A stretch of DNA of 64,000 nt from Octopus vulgaris. Its lineage: Eukaryota. Below, piece by piece: positions 1 through 12,905 of this stretch. Numbering within the stretch: the first letter of the stretch is position 1; the number at the start of each line of letters is the position of its first letter. The notes beneath the pieces are model-generated. The model was not told the origin of the DNA, did not search any database, and saw only the letters and a list, made by a program, of their open reading frames with translations. Both the position numbers and the translations under genes were made by a program. Location of the stretch: positions 43,524,001 through 43,588,000 of the forward strand of contig OX597835.1 of assembly GCA_951406725.2 (NCBI GenBank), written 5' to 3'.

Positions 1-454
1 TGCCTGTCACCTGGATGGTGAGGAATCCTACATTGGGAGTGTTAACGACTAGGGTAGGGTAGCTGACTGCTTATTGTGATCATTCGTCTTTTGATTTCCT
101 GTAGCTTTACTCTCTTTTACAAACCCAGTGAACATATATTTCCTATTTCAAACAAATTCAAACAATAGATATAGATGTTGTAGATATATATATATAGATG
201 TACATGTAATATGTACACACATATATATACACATATATATATATATGCATACATATATACATCAATACACACATATACACATACCCACACACACACACAT
301 ACATAGTTGCAGTTAAAAAGATTTTCAACAATTCAATTTTTATTAAAATTTACTTTCACTTTAGCATTCTGCCTTATAATTTTTCCTCTTTTATCATTTC
401 TCCACATGCGGTCAACCCCACCATTTACTCACTTATATATATATATATATATAT

Positions 455-780
455 TCATTTATTTTATTTGTTTCATTCATTAGACTGTGGCCACACTGAG
501 GCACCATCTTGACAAATTTTAAATTGGACGGCTGGACCCTAGTACATATTTTTTAAAGCCTTATACATATTCTATTGGGCCCTTTTACCGAACCGCTAAT
601 TTTTAAAGGACATAAATACACCAGCACTGATAGTCAAGCTGTAGAAGGGGATAAACACGCATGCACACACACATATACACGACGGGATTATTTAAGTTTC
701 CTTCTACCAAATGCAAAGTAGTGGGAGTGAACTCGGAGCCATGTAGTTGGGGGTTAAATTTCTTAGCACACAGCCACGCC
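455..780 (-). mobile_element. tRNA-derived SINE family A (CORE-like), degenerate copy with internal deletion
   Basis: Reverse complement of the family A tail (ttgtttca..gactgtggcc) through the head (cacacagccacgcc). Confidence 0.75.
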
Positions 781-781
781 T

Positions 782-1118
782 ACGCCTGGCTGTGTGCTAA
801 GAAGTTTGCTCCCCAGCCATGTGGTGCAGGGTTCACTTTCACTGCGTGGCATTTTGGAGAAGTGTCTTCTACTGTAGCCTCGGGCCAAACCAATGCCTTT
901 TCAGTGGATTTGGTAGACAGGAACTGAAAGAAGCCTGTCGTATATATATATATCTATATGTATATATCTATGTGTGTGTGTCTTTGTATCTGTGTTTGTC
1001 CCTCCACCATCGGTTGACAACTGGGGCTGGTGCGTTTATGTTCCTGCAACTTAGCGCTTCAGCAAATGAAACCAATGCGATAAGTACTCAGCTTTAAAAA
1101 AAATGTCCTGGGTTTGAT
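782..1118 (+). mobile_element. SINE family A, diverged copy, head-to-head with the previous copy
   Basis: tggctgtgtgctaagaag head, gtggatttggtagac body, internal (TA)/(TG) tract. Confidence 0.75.
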
Positions 1119-1120
1119 TT

Positions 1121-1430
1121 AAATAATAATAATAATAATAATTGTGTACAGTGCTCAGGTGCACTACAACTCATCTAAAGTGTATATATAATCAGGTGTA
1201 GTTTCGACGGATTTCGGGAAGCATGAGGGCCTTAAAGGATGCAGTGTCATGGCAGTCAACAACTGATGCAGGCAGTTTATTCCATGCTTCAGCAACCCTG
1301 AGCGTGAAAAAATGTTTCCGAAAGTCATGGGAGCTGTGCTGTTTTCTGACTTTGTAGGCATGTCCACGTGTGTTAGACACATGGAGATCAAAAAGGTGTT
1401 CAGTGTTGTTGTTGGTGAGGTGGTTGATAA
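1121..1430 (-). mobile_element. CR1-clade LINE 3' fragment with (ATT)n tail
   Basis: Translation TRGHAYKV..RKHFFTLRVAEAWNKLP..FK is the typical CR1 ORF2 C-terminus; the same 3' end (gtgcacctgagcactgta) recurs at ~9040. Confidence 0.85.
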
Positions 1431-1532
1431 CCTTGTGGGTGTTTACCAAGTCCGTCGCCAGACGCCGGAGCTTCGACTAAATCCCTTTATGGCGGTGCCC
1501 CAGCATTGCTGTAGTCAAATGACTGAAACATG

Positions 1533-1573
<41 letters not shown>

Positions 1574-1673
1574 TATATATGTATGTACATAATTCATGGT
1601 CACCTATGATATATATATATTTATCTATATATATATATATATATATTTTTATACACACACATACACATACACA

Positions 1674-2055
1674 CGTGGCTGTGTGGTAAGTAGCTTGCTA
1701 ACCAACCACATGGTTCCGGGGTCATTCTCACTACGTGGCACCTTGGGCAAGTGTCTTCTACCATAGCCTCTGGCCAACCACCGCCATGGTGATTTGGTAG
1801 ATGGAAACTGAAAGAAGCCCATTGTGTATATGTATGTGTGTGTGTGTGTGTGTGTTTGCCCCTCCACCATTGCTTGGCAACTGATGTTGGTGTGTTCACG
1901 TCCCCATAACTTAGTGGTTCGGCAAAAGAAACCGACAGAATAAGTACTAGGCTTACAAAGAATAAGTCTTGGGGTTGATTTGGTCGACTAAAAGTGGTGC
2001 TCCAGCATTGCCGCAGTCAAATGTCTGAAACAAGTAAAAGAATAAAGGAATAAAA

Positions 2056-2057
<2 letters not shown>
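1674..2057 (+). mobile_element. SINE family A, near full length
   Basis: A-box-like gtggctgtgtggtaag, ccttgggcaagt CORE-like motif, internal microsatellite, gtaaaaga repeat tail. Confidence 0.9.
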
Positions 2058-2088
<31 letters not shown>

Positions 2089-2098
<10 letters not shown>

Positions 2099-2610
2099 TA
2101 AATTAGAGATAAAACCACTATTAGGCAAATCATACAATGAAAAACTTAGCCAATACATAAGATTATTTCATTTATATTATTTAAATATATAACAAAATTA
2201 TTAAAAAAATATAATTAATATAACACTACGATCGTTTCATGGCTGTTAATTTCTTTAAATTTTCGAGTTACAGTCATTCATCAGGTGGTTTAAATATTTA
2301 ACTTGGCGAGGTTTATCGCCAAGTTAAATATTTAAACCACCTGATGAATGACTGTAACTCGAAAATTTAAAGAAATTAACAGCCATGAAACGATCGTAGT
2401 GTTATATTAATTATATTTTTTTAATAATTTTGTTATATATTTAAATAATATAAATGAAATAATCTTATGTATTGGCTAAGTTTTTCATTGTATGATTTGC
2501 CTAATAGTGGTTTTATCTCTAATTTAATATAATATAATATTTTACTATAAAATTGGATTCAATCCTAAATCTGATTTTTCCCTGTAAGTTTGGATTTATT
2601 CCCTAATATT

Positions 2611-2615
<5 letters not shown>
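2089..2615 (+). mobile_element. Palindromic Penelope-like pseudo-LTR with hammerhead motif, in (TA)n
   Basis: ~220-bp arms (2089-2309 / 2316-2536) that appear perfect, 6-nt loop, ~80-bp one-sided tail, (TA)n on both sides. Confidence 0.7.
2334..2402 (+). ncRNA. Putative type I hammerhead ribozyme (mirror copy on - strand at ~2223-2291)
   Basis: CTGATGA 2341-2347, stem II atgactgt...acagccat, GAAA 2387-2390, cgaTC site, imperfect stem I accac/gtagt. Confidence 0.6.
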
Positions 2616-2653
<38 letters not shown>

Positions 2654-3555
2654 ATTCATATATATTCCATAGGTGACGTTTAATTTCATTTCATTGACAG
2701 TTTTTCACGTTCGTGTTCTCATCTTTAACCGAAAGCCTTTGTTTATTTCTTTCACTTTATGGGTCATAAACTGAAAGATTACCCACATCTGGATTGCTCT
2801 ATTTCTATGACTTTATATTTAGAAAAGCTTCTTCATATCCTTGAGATATATATATTGTTGTCCTTTGAAACTGATATGCCAGTTAGAAACCGTTTCTTTC
2901 TTTACCTGATGATATTTTGGCAATATTTCTGGACAATTAGCTTTAAACTGCCAGAGTGGTGAATAATCATTATTCACTTCCGGTTTCTTCAGTGCTGTCA
3001 ACTAATACGCCACGCAGAGCTTTTTCTTGCCAACATCTCGACATATTTATTTTGTTATTCCATTTTCTCAGTACAATTATTAGTTCTCTTCATAATTTCT
3101 GTTCTTCTTTCTTCCATTCTCTTCACAACTGTCTGTTACTCTTGCTTCTATTCTATATTTTTTGGCTTCGTTGAAGACAAAAAGCAATTCTTTGTTTTGC
3201 TTAATACTTTTTCTTTAGCTTTTTCTATTAGATATTCCTTACGGTATGTTTTTGTAATCCTACAATAAATATTTCATAATGCTTTTTTACTTGCAAAAAA
3301 CCTCCTATCTACTTACATCTTCGTACTTAAAGTAAATATATTCTTTCTATATTCGTATTCAGGTGGTGTATTCCAAATATACTCATTATTTTCCATGTTT
3401 CTCTACCTAATATCACTAATTCGATTGCCACTCGAAAATTCTATATACTAAACCAAGGATACTGTAGTCATCTCTGCCCATAAAGTTATGGTTTTGGTGT
3501 ACCCCAGTCAGATGGTAGCACTTTAACCCTGTATCAATTTCTATTGTATAATATA

Positions 3556-3965
3556 TCATCATCATCATCGTTTAATGTCCGCTTTCCATGCTAGCATGGG
3601 TTGGACGATTTGACTAAGATCTGGTGAACCAGATGGCTGCACCAGGCTTCAATCTTGATCTGGCAGAGTTTCTACAGCTAGATGCCCTTCCTAACGCCAA
3701 CCACTCCGAGAGTGTAGTGGATGCTTTTACATGCCACCAGCACGAGGGCCAGTTTGGTGGTACTGGCAACGGCCACGCTCAAATGGTGCTTTTATGTGCC
3801 ACCTGCACAGGAGCCAGTCCAGCGGCACTGGCAACAAGACCTCACTTGAATGTTTCTTCATGTGCCACCAGCACAAGTGCCAGTAAAGCTACACAGGTAA
3901 CGATTACGCTCGAATGGTGCTTTTTATGTGCCACCTGCACGGAAGCCAGTTTGTTGCTCTGGCAA
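3556..3965 (-). mobile_element. SINE 3' part with (GAT)n tail and internal ~60-bp tandem subrepeats
   Basis: (cat)n on + strand, ggttggcgttaggaagggcatc motif on - strand, repeated atgtgccacc(t/a)gcac units. Confidence 0.65.
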
Positions 3966-4144
3966 TTCTTTAAAACAAACTATACTGCAGTGGTTACCAT
4001 GAGAGAAATTATCATATTGGCTTTTGGTGTAAAATGCATTCTTATTTATATCGCCAGTGGGGAGATGAATTCCCGCCACCTCCAACACCACCAGGTTACC
4101 TGATTAATTTACATATATACACACACATCGTATATATACACACT

Positions 4145-4656
4145 GAGCACAATGGCCCAGTGGTTAGGGCAGCGGACTCGTGGTCGTAGGATCGCGGTTT
4201 CGATTCCCAGACTGGACATTGTGAGTATTTATTGAGTGAAAACACCTAAAGCTCCACAAGGCTCTGGCAGGGGATGGTGGCGATCCCTGCTGTACTCTTT
4301 CACCACAACTTTCTCTCACTGTTTCTTCCTGTTTCTGTTGTACCTGTATTTTTCAAAGGGCCAGTCTTGTCACACTCTGTGTCACGCTGAATCTCCCTGA
4401 GAACTATGTTAAGGGTACACATGTCTGTGGAGTGCTCAGCCACTTGCATGTTAATAAATGAGCTGCGACGTCACTGGTGCCAAGCTGTATCGGCCCCTTT
4501 GCCTTTCCCTTGGATAACATCGGTGGCATGGAGAGGGGAGGCCGGTATACGTGGCCGGTATATGCTGGTCTTCCATAAACAACCTTGCCCAGACCTGTGC
4601 CTTGGAGGGTAACTTTCTAGGTGCCATCCCATAGTCATTCATGACCGAAGGGGGCC
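4145..4656 (+). mobile_element. Chimeric tRNA-derived SINE (head of the 14118 family, middle of family D, tail of the 10920 family)
   Basis: tggcccagtggttagggcagcggactcg head; each segment matches another copy in the window. Confidence 0.8.
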
Positions 4657-4711
4657 ACAAATACACACACACATCCATTTACAGACGATGGGTTGGAGCA
4701 GCTGTAATCTA

Positions 4712-5256
4712 CGTGTGGCTTTATGGTTAGGGCATTCAGCCCACGATCGGAAGGTAGGGAGGGATTCTTGGTGACGCATTGTGCCATTGATCAAGACACT
4801 TTATTTCACGTTGCTCCATTTCACCCAGCTGACCAAAATACGAGAAGCATCTGTATTTGAAAGGGCCAGCCTTGTCACATTCTGTTCCACGCTGAATCTC
4901 CCTCAGAGCTACGTTAACCCTTTAGCATTTAAACCGGCCATATCCGGCCAAAAGTATTCTACCTGTTTTATGTTCACACTGGCCAGATCTGGTCTCTCAC
5001 ACCAACCCTACAATATCGTTCTAGAAATTAACAGCTACCTCATCAAAATCTCATAGCTACAACATTAATGCATAATTAGCTCAAAACAATGTGGATAAAA
5101 AAGCATTAATTTTGGCAGAATAATGCGAACACTAAAGGGTTAAGGGTACGTGGGTTTCTGAAGTGCTGAACCACATGCATTTTAGTTTCACAAGCAGTCT
5201 CTTCTGTTGATCGGATCAGCTGGAACCTTTCTTTGGCGTAACCGATGCTGTGCCAG
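4712..5256 (+). mobile_element. SINE family D interrupted by a piggyBac-like MITE
   Basis: Matches the reverse complement of 19382-19697 once 4918-5143 is removed. Confidence 0.75.
4918..5139. mobile_element. piggyBac-like MITE
   Basis: TTAA-ccctttag ... ctaaaggg-TTAA; the host SINE is continuous across a single TTAA. Confidence 0.85.
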
Positions 5257-5541
5257 TCTAGTCTATTAATCTGGATATAGTAAATACTTCATGCTGAGCA
5301 TCAGTTGGATAAAATACACTATTGGATATCTTAGCACTCTTATGGGCCTCTAGCCAGATCAATACACTGGGCCCTATAGAATTTATTTATTTATTGACGG
5401 CAAGCCGCAGCCTATGAGGCTGTGAGACCCCTGAGCAAGTACCCAATGTACTCATGCCTTAAGACAGCACTACTACTGACAAAATTTGAATTCGTTCCCT
5501 AATCAACGAAAATAATTACTGCATTAATATAAACAATCTTT

Positions 5542-5745
5542 AAGGTGGTGAGCTGGCAGAGATGTTCGCACGCCGGGCGAAATGCTTAGCGGTATTTCGT
5601 CTGCCGTTACGTTCTGAGTTCAAATTCCGCCAAGGTCGACTTTGCCTTTCATCCTTTGGGGGTCGATAAATTAATTACCAGTGAATTACTGGGGGTTGAT
5701 ATAATCGACTAGTCCCCTTCTCCTTGTGTCTATAGTAGAAAGGAT
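5542..5745 (+). mobile_element. SINE family B
   Basis: ggtgagctggcaga head, gagttcaaattcc B-box-like, gtcgactttgcctttcatcctt core. Confidence 0.85.
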
Positions 5746-5898
5746 ATTTGTAGAGGGCATTTTTTAGAAAATTATTTTCCTGTATTGTATGGGTTGGAAG
5801 CTTGCTTTGCAATCATATAACTCTGGGACCCTTGCGCAAGTGTCTTCTGCTAAAACCCCAGCTGACCAATGCTTTATGAGTAGACAGAAACTGTGTGG

Positions 5899-6135
5899 CA
5901 AGCTGGCAGAAACGTTAGGACGCTGGGTGAAATGCTTAGCAGTATTTCATCTGCTGTTACATTCTGAATTCAAATTCCGCCGAGGTCGACTTTGCCTTTC
6001 ATCCTTTCAGGGTCGATTAAATAAGTACCTGTTACGCACTGGGGGCGATGTAATCGACTTAATCTGTTTGTCAGTCCTTGTCTGTCCCCTCTGTGTGTAG
6101 CCCCTTGTGGGTAGTAAAGAAATAAAAAAAAGAAA
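5899..6135 (+). mobile_element. SINE family B with TSD
   Basis: Flanking direct repeat aaactgtgtgg at ~5888 and ~6138; A-rich tail. Confidence 0.85.
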
Positions 6136-6642
6136 GAAAAACTGTGTGGAAGTGCGAGGCTATAGTAGAAGACATTTGCCCAAGGTGCCGCGCAGTGGGA
6201 CTGAACCTGGAACCATGTGACTGCAAAGCGAGCTTCTTAACCGCATCCTTACTTGTTTGTTTGTTTGCTACATGCTCTTTCTTGACGGGGTGGGAGTCAT
6301 CCCAGATTAGGAATCCTAGGGACGCCATCATGCGTAGAATCAACCAAGTCCACCACTGCTCTCGATTGCTGGCTATCCTATGCCAGCTCCGCTGCATCAT
6401 CTAAGGTGGCGCCAATCCTTGGGAGATCTTCCCTAAAGACATTGCGCCATCTGGTGTCAGTTTCCGTCAACCAAATCCACTCACAAAGCTTTGGTCGGCC
6501 TGGGGCTATTGTAGAAGACACTTACCCAAGGTCCTATGCTGTGGGACTGAACCCAGACCTATTTAGTTGGGAAGGAAGCTTCTTACCACACAGCCATGCT
6601 TGTGCCTGTTCCATCAGTCAGCAGAAGTCCTGGGCACCAATA

Positions 6643-6830
6643 CAGTGGTCCTGATACATCTACGTAAGGTAATCTAGTTTTACCAAAATTGCTGTTGAAG
6701 TTTTAGGGTTAGGATAAATTTAAGGGTTAGTTTTTAGGGTTAGGGTTAGGGTTATATGAAGTCACAGTAGTTTTGATAAAACTAAATTACCTCCTCTTTA
6801 TATTGTTACGTAGATGCATCGGGACCTCTG
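6643..6830. mobile_element. Tc1/mariner-like MITE with central (TTAGGG)n
   Basis: TA-cagtggtcctgatacatctacgtaa ... ttacgtagatgcatcgggacctctg-TA, a second internal inverted repeat, ttagggttagggttaggg core. Confidence 0.7.
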
Positions 6831-7006
6831 TATTTAAGCAGTACCAAGTTACGGAGTGCCTCAAGAAGCGAGGGTTTCATACATTGACACCCTCACTTCT
6901 CAAACTTCTGATATAAAAGTAGTTATAATTGAAATAAACACTATAAAATAAAAATAATCCACCGCACTTAAATAATTATAAAATCAAATCAATAAAAATA
7001 CTCCTG

Positions 7007-7423
7007 GGATCTTTTCGGTTTGAACGGCAGTTTTTTCTAGCGGTGTCATATGAAATTGTCACCCATAATCATGACCCTAGTATCGATCTATTGCATTTCA
7101 ATCTGTTTTAGGGTTAGTGTTAGGGGTGGGGGAAGGGTTTCTTTTTTTCTTCACAAATGTAAATAAACCCAATCTGTTTCTTAAACGAGGGACATATTCA
7201 TACAGCACAGAATGTTTTTTACCTCAATGGACATCATTGATTGATTGAAATTGCAGAAATCGAAGAAAAAAAACAACAAATATCTTACAAACTATAGAAT
7301 TTTCTCAATGAAGCCAAGAGAAAAAGATGTTTTATAAACACATTCTACCAGTATACGAAGTTCAAAAGTTTTTAGTTAACTAGAAATTATGTTAAAAAAC
7401 TGCCATTCAAACCGAAAAGATCC
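7007..7423. mobile_element. MITE family C (Merlin-like), short form
   Basis: TIRs ggatcttttcggtttgaacggcagtttt / aaaactgccattcaaaccgaaaagatcc; no TSD seen at this copy. Confidence 0.85.
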
Positions 7424-7527
7424 CTCAAAACTGTATCTAAAAACCAGGGTATTTTAATCGCATTATTCTATCAACAAAAGCCGAAAGATCTATTTCCGGT
7501 TAGCATGCAGGAAACAAAAAGTGAAAA

Positions 7528-7574
<47 letters not shown>

Positions 7575-7816
7575 ACACACATGATCCATTGGTGTTGTTA
7601 TATCTATGAACATTCTTTTAATTTCCAACAGATGTCTACTTAGCCATCATTAGATTTCCCTATAATTTTTCTTAGTTGATGGAAGATTTTATGAATTGCT
7701 TGACGGCTGTTTGCCTTAATTTAATTTGTCTGAAAACTATTCTGGGCGTGGAGGGATACACACACACACACACAAAAATGACCCATTAAAAATTTTTGTT
7801 AATGATTGTAGATGCT

Positions 7817-8292
7817 TTGATGAAGAAGGTGGAGGAGGAGGAGGAGAAGAGGAAGAAGGTGATGATGGTGGTGATGATGGAGATGATGGAGATGATGGAA
7901 ATGGAGATGATGATGATGATGGAGATGATGATGATGATGATGAAGATGATGATGAAGAGGAGGAAGATGATGATGATGAAAAGGAGGAGGAGGAGGAGGA
8001 GGAAGAAGAAGAGGAGGAGGAGGAGGAAGAAGAAGAAGAAGAGGAGGAGGAAGAAGAAGAAGAAGAGGGGAGGGGGAGGAATAATAAGAAGAAGAGAGGA
8101 GGAGGAGGGGGAAGAAGAGGAGGAGAAGGGGGAGGAAGAGGAAGATGAAGATGAAGTAGAAGAAGAGGAGGAGGAAGAAGAAGAAGAAGAGGAGGAGGAA
8201 GAAGAAGAAGTAGAAGAAGAGGAGGAGGAAGAAGTAAAAGAAGAGGAGGAGGAAGAAGAGGAAGAAGAGGAGGAGGAAAAAGATGATGAAGA
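7817..8292. repeat. (GAT)/(GAG)/(GAA) trinucleotide low-complexity tract
   Basis: Visible directly in the sequence. Confidence 0.95.
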
Positions 8293-8524
8293 ACCAAAAT
8301 CCTGGCTGAAGAATTTGGAACTCTTCAAGTACGTTATTTCGTAACTAGTAGGAATACGGAAATAACATGAAGAATGCTGAGCTACTTTAACCGTCAGAAC
8401 ACATTAATAATGGTTGCAGCCATTTAGATGTGTTTTTATATTAAGAAAATAAATCTCCCAAATTTCGGATGTTTTTCTAAATATAGTTTAACTCGTAAAC
8501 ATCCGGGAAGGTTCATTCTACCAT

Positions 8525-9013
8525 TTTCTCTCTCTCTTTCTCTCTCTTTTTCTTTCCCTCTATCAAACTCACTCCTTCTCTCTCTCTCTCACTTTCACTT
8601 TTCTCTTTCTCTCTCTTTATTGATCTTTCTCCTCCCTATATCTCTCTTTTTCTCTTTCCTTCTCCCTCTTTCTCTTCTATTCCTCTCTCTCCATCCTCCT
8701 TTCTCCCGATCCTCCCTCCCCCCTCTCTCTATCTCTCCTGATTCCCTTCCCTCTTTCTCCCAATCCTCACTCCCTCTCTCTCCTTTCCCCTTCCTTCCCT
8801 CTCTCTCTCTCTTTTTCCTACCTCTGTCCCTCTTTTCTCTCGCTCTCTAGTCCTCCCTGTCCCACCTTCCCCCCGTTTCCTTTCCTCACTTTCTCCCTCC
8901 CTCTCTCTCCTTCTCTGCTTCCTTCCTGCTCACTCTCCCTCCTCTTCTCCCTGCCTTCCTAACTCTCTCTTCTTGTATCTCCCCATCTCTCCCCACGTCT
9001 TCTCTCTCTCTCT
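8525..9013. repeat. CT-rich polypyrimidine tract
   Basis: Visible directly in the sequence. Confidence 0.9.
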
Positions 9014-9326
9014 TTAATAAATGCGTATCAACAATTGTGGTGCACCTGAGCACTGTATACAATAATTTCATTATATTTATATTATATGATATTGTCAGGC
9101 ATAGCATGCCATATCAAACTGAAATACTAAAACCCAGTTAATATCAGTGGCCTCAATAAAGAACTAATCTATATTGACCAATCATAAACACCTGTAAATC
9201 TCGATTGACCAATCGAAAGCATCTTTAAATATTTTCTATGGCAAATCTCAAAGTCTATCATACATTAGAATTAGTTTCACCATTGCTATTATTTTACGAC
9301 AGAATTATTTGAAAGAAAGTTGATTT

Positions 9327-9731
9327 GGATCTTTTTGGTTTGAACGGCAGTTTTTAACATAATTTCTAGGTAACAAAAAATTTTAAACTTCCTATACTGG
9401 TAGAATGTGTTTATAAAACATATTTTTCTCTTGGCTTTCTTGAGAAAATTCTGTAGTTTGTAACATATTTCATCTTTAATTTCTTGCATTTCGGCAATTT
9501 TAACCAATCACTGGCATCTATTGAGTTAAAAAGCATTCTGTGTCGTATGAATATGTCCTCGTTTAAGAAACAGATTGGGTTTATTTACATTTGTGAAGAA
9601 AAAAGATACCCTCCCCCCACCCCTAACCCTACCTAACCCTAAATCTAAAAGAGATTGAAATGCAATAGATCGATACTAGGGTCATAATTATGGGTGACAA
9701 TTTCATATGATCCCGCTAGAAAAAATGGCAG
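9327..9731. mobile_element. MITE family C, opposite orientation, one end truncated
   Basis: Left TIR present, ccctaaccct core, ends at aaaaatggcagtt. Confidence 0.8.
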
Positions 9732-10142
9732 TTAAGGGTACACATGTCTGTGGAGTGCTGAGCGGGGCTGTTCTGTTGATTGGATGAACTGGAACAATCA
9801 TTGTCGTAAGCGACGGAGTCCCAGTACCAATTAATGTCGCTAGGACTGCATTATCTAATATGTCTTTCCTTCAGGCATGTGCCGTCAGTAATTACTCTGG
9901 GTAGGCTGTTGGTGACACAGAAAATTAAGCGAAACACCACACACGACTGAGTTGAAGGCAGATTTACTGCTGCCTTCATAGCACGTAAAGAAAACGTTGT
10001 TGTAGGAATGCATGCAGCATGTGTACTACAGCAGTATTATGCATAGCTTAAATACTGAGACTGAAAAGCAGGGTTGAATTATGCCTACCTAATATACAAA
10101 ACAATAAAATATTTTGCATTTTATGCGTAGTAATCAGAGTAA

Positions 10143-10550
10143 CTCTTTACTCTCTTTTACTTGTTTCAGTCATTTGACTGCGGCCATGCTGGAGCACCGC
10201 CTTTGGTCAAGCAACTAGACCCTGGGACTTATTCTTTTGTAAGCCCAGTACTTATTCTATCGGTCTCTTTTGCCGAACCGCTAAGTAACGGGGGCATAAA
10301 CACACCAGCATGGGTTGTCAAGCAATGCTAGGGGGACAAACACAGACACACAAACACACACACGCATATATACATATGCATATATACGATGGGCTTCTTT
10401 CAGTTTCCATCTACCAAATCCACTCACAAGGCTTTGGTCGGCCCAAGGCTATAGTAGAAGACACTTGCCCAAGGTGCCACGCAGTAGGACTGAACCCAGA
10501 ACCATGTGGTTGGTAAACAAGCTACTTACCACACAGCCACTCCTGCGCCT
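10143..10550 (-). mobile_element. SINE family A, full length
   Basis: Complete reverse complement ending cactcctgcgcct. Confidence 0.92.
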
Positions 10551-10919
10551 TCATAATTTTATTGAATTAGGTACATATTTTGCCATAACAGAAAAATGTT
10601 ACTATTGATCTATTTTATTCAAGGTAGGCACATCCCTGCTTTCCTTGTTCAAGATGTTGCTGTTTAGTTTTAGGTCAACCTTGATGTAGCACAACTACTG
10701 ATCAGTGGCGTTCCAGTTATGACCATCAAGCCTTGTGTTCAGAAATACTGCATCTAGGATTACATTATTTAACATGATTTGCCTTCCTTGATGGTGTTCA
10801 GCCCTCGGTCCGGTCAGCCATGATCTGCAGACCAATGAGCAAAGTGTTCCAGCCATGATCATAATTTCACTATTTTATAACGGTAAACTGTATTTTAACC
10901 CTTATTTAATATTTTAGCT

Positions 10920-11243
10920 CCGTAGTTAGAGCGTCAGGCTCACAGTCATAGCGTAGTGAGTTCAATTCTCGGACCGGGTTGTGTGTTGTGTTCTTGAGCG
11001 AGACACTTTATTTCATGTTGCTTCAATTCATTCAATGAAATGAGTTGCGACATCACTGGTGCCAAGTTGTATCGGCCTTTGCTTTTTGTCTTGGATAAGA
11101 TTGGTGGCATCGAGAGGGGAGACCGGTATGCATGGCTGACTGCTGGTCTTCCATAAACAACCTTGCCTGGACTTGGGCCTTGGAGAGGAACTTTCTATGT
11201 GCAATCCCATGGTCATTCATGACCGAAGGGAGTCTTTACCCTT
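10920..11243 (+). mobile_element. tRNA-derived SINE (family G)
   Basis: gtagttagagcg..gagttcaattctc head; tail ggtcattcatgaccgaaggg shared with the 4145 element. Confidence 0.75.
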
Positions 11244-11552
11244 TAATGCTTCTTTCATCACTACTTAGACAAATATGGTGAAGATTATGTTTCGTCGATG
11301 AGATCAGAATAATATGAAACATCTACGGAGTTATCTCCCCTACTTCGCTTTTTTAATACTCCATGAATTAATTATGTTAAACATTAACATTTTTGTTGTT
11401 TGTCTTCACAATTTTTTTTCACACCAATAATGTCTCTGAATTATTTAACTTCTAAACAATTCTGTTTTCATACACGAATGCACACCCGTAGCTAATGGAG
11501 ATGATTGACAAGATCATCCCGTACCTCCATGTAAACTAACAAACGCGATTTC

Positions 11553-12009
11553 GGCGATGTTTCGCTTGTCGTAGCACACGTTTCCGTCGATTTCCTCCGT
11601 CGATTTCCGTAAAAAATGTAAACACTGAATCGGCCATACATACATACATACATACATACATACATACACACACACACATACATAGATACATACACACACA
11701 CATACATGCAGACATACATATACACATACACCGAGTATAAAATTTCAGTTATCTCTCTCTTTCACACATTACTCTCTCTGTCTCTTCGCACACACTAACA
11801 GAAGCACTTCACTTACACAACATACTGTCTGTCTCCCACACCCCATCAAACACACACACGGGGACTTCAAAGAGAAATTCCCTCGTCATAAAATCGCTTC
11901 CTCTTAGTCTCTTTCGCTCTCATTACTGATGTAAAAAAATAAAAGTTTTTTACGGAAATCGACGGAGGAAATCGACGGAAACTTGTGCTACGACAAGCGA
12001 AACATCGCC
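11553..12009. mobile_element. Merlin-like MITE, distinct family, ~65-bp TIRs
   Basis: TIR ggcgatgtttcgcttgtcgtagcac...; perfect 8-bp TSD gcgatttc (11545-11552, 12010-12017). Confidence 0.9.
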
Positions 12010-12339
12010 GCGATTTCGTTTTTCGTAAACTAGACGAATCATGCTGGAACCGTTTTAATAATTGAGAGACCCTTCTTCAACCGAAACGTCGGTTACACCC
12101 ATAACAATACTTGTGTAATTACTATCTGTCTATTTATCTCTCTATCTGTCTGTCGGTCGGTCGAATTCTCAGAGTGTCTGTTTAACTATCAACTTCCCTT
12201 TCCTACACGCACACGCGTACACACACCCGTACGCACAAACACACCTACATTTATAGTCAGGTATTTAACAGCTTACGGCACGCGCTACCGCTAACTCCAC
12301 TATCTACCTAATTTATCTAATTCTGTGTTTCACTATATA

Positions 12340-12354
12340 CATGTGTGTGTGTGT

Positions 12355-12410
<56 letters not shown>

Positions 12411-12528
12411 GTGTACATACATACACATATACAGATATATATCTAAATGCATTTATGTTATATATATACGGTATATATAATTATATATATTTAATATATA
12501 TTTAAATATAGACAAAATATGAATTGAA

Positions 12529-12561
<33 letters not shown>

Positions 12562-12837
12562 TATGCACATACATTATATATATATATATAATTTATGTGC
12601 ATATACATATATATATGCACACACATTATATATATATATATATATATATATGCATGTGAATATGTATGTATACCTATTAATATGTATAATGTATGCATGT
12701 GTGTATATATGTATACATTTATGTACGCATGTATGTATGTATGCACGCATATGGATATACACATTTCTCGGAAGCTACTTAATGGTTCATATTTTAACAC
12801 TTATCTGTTTTATCTATCTATGCATCTGCCTCTCACA

Positions 12838-12902
<65 letters not shown>

Positions 12903-12905
12903 CAG
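12340..12905. repeat. (TG)n/(TA)n/(CA)n microsatellite cluster
   Basis: Visible directly in the sequence. Confidence 0.9.

Noticed and set aside
7726-8344. Acidic, poly-E or poly-S ORFs
   Set aside because: Pure trinucleotide low-complexity sequence open in several frames on both strands; no domain or splice evidence
12078-12095. aaccgaaacgtcggtt, resembling a hammerhead 3' half
   Set aside because: No upstream CUGANGA
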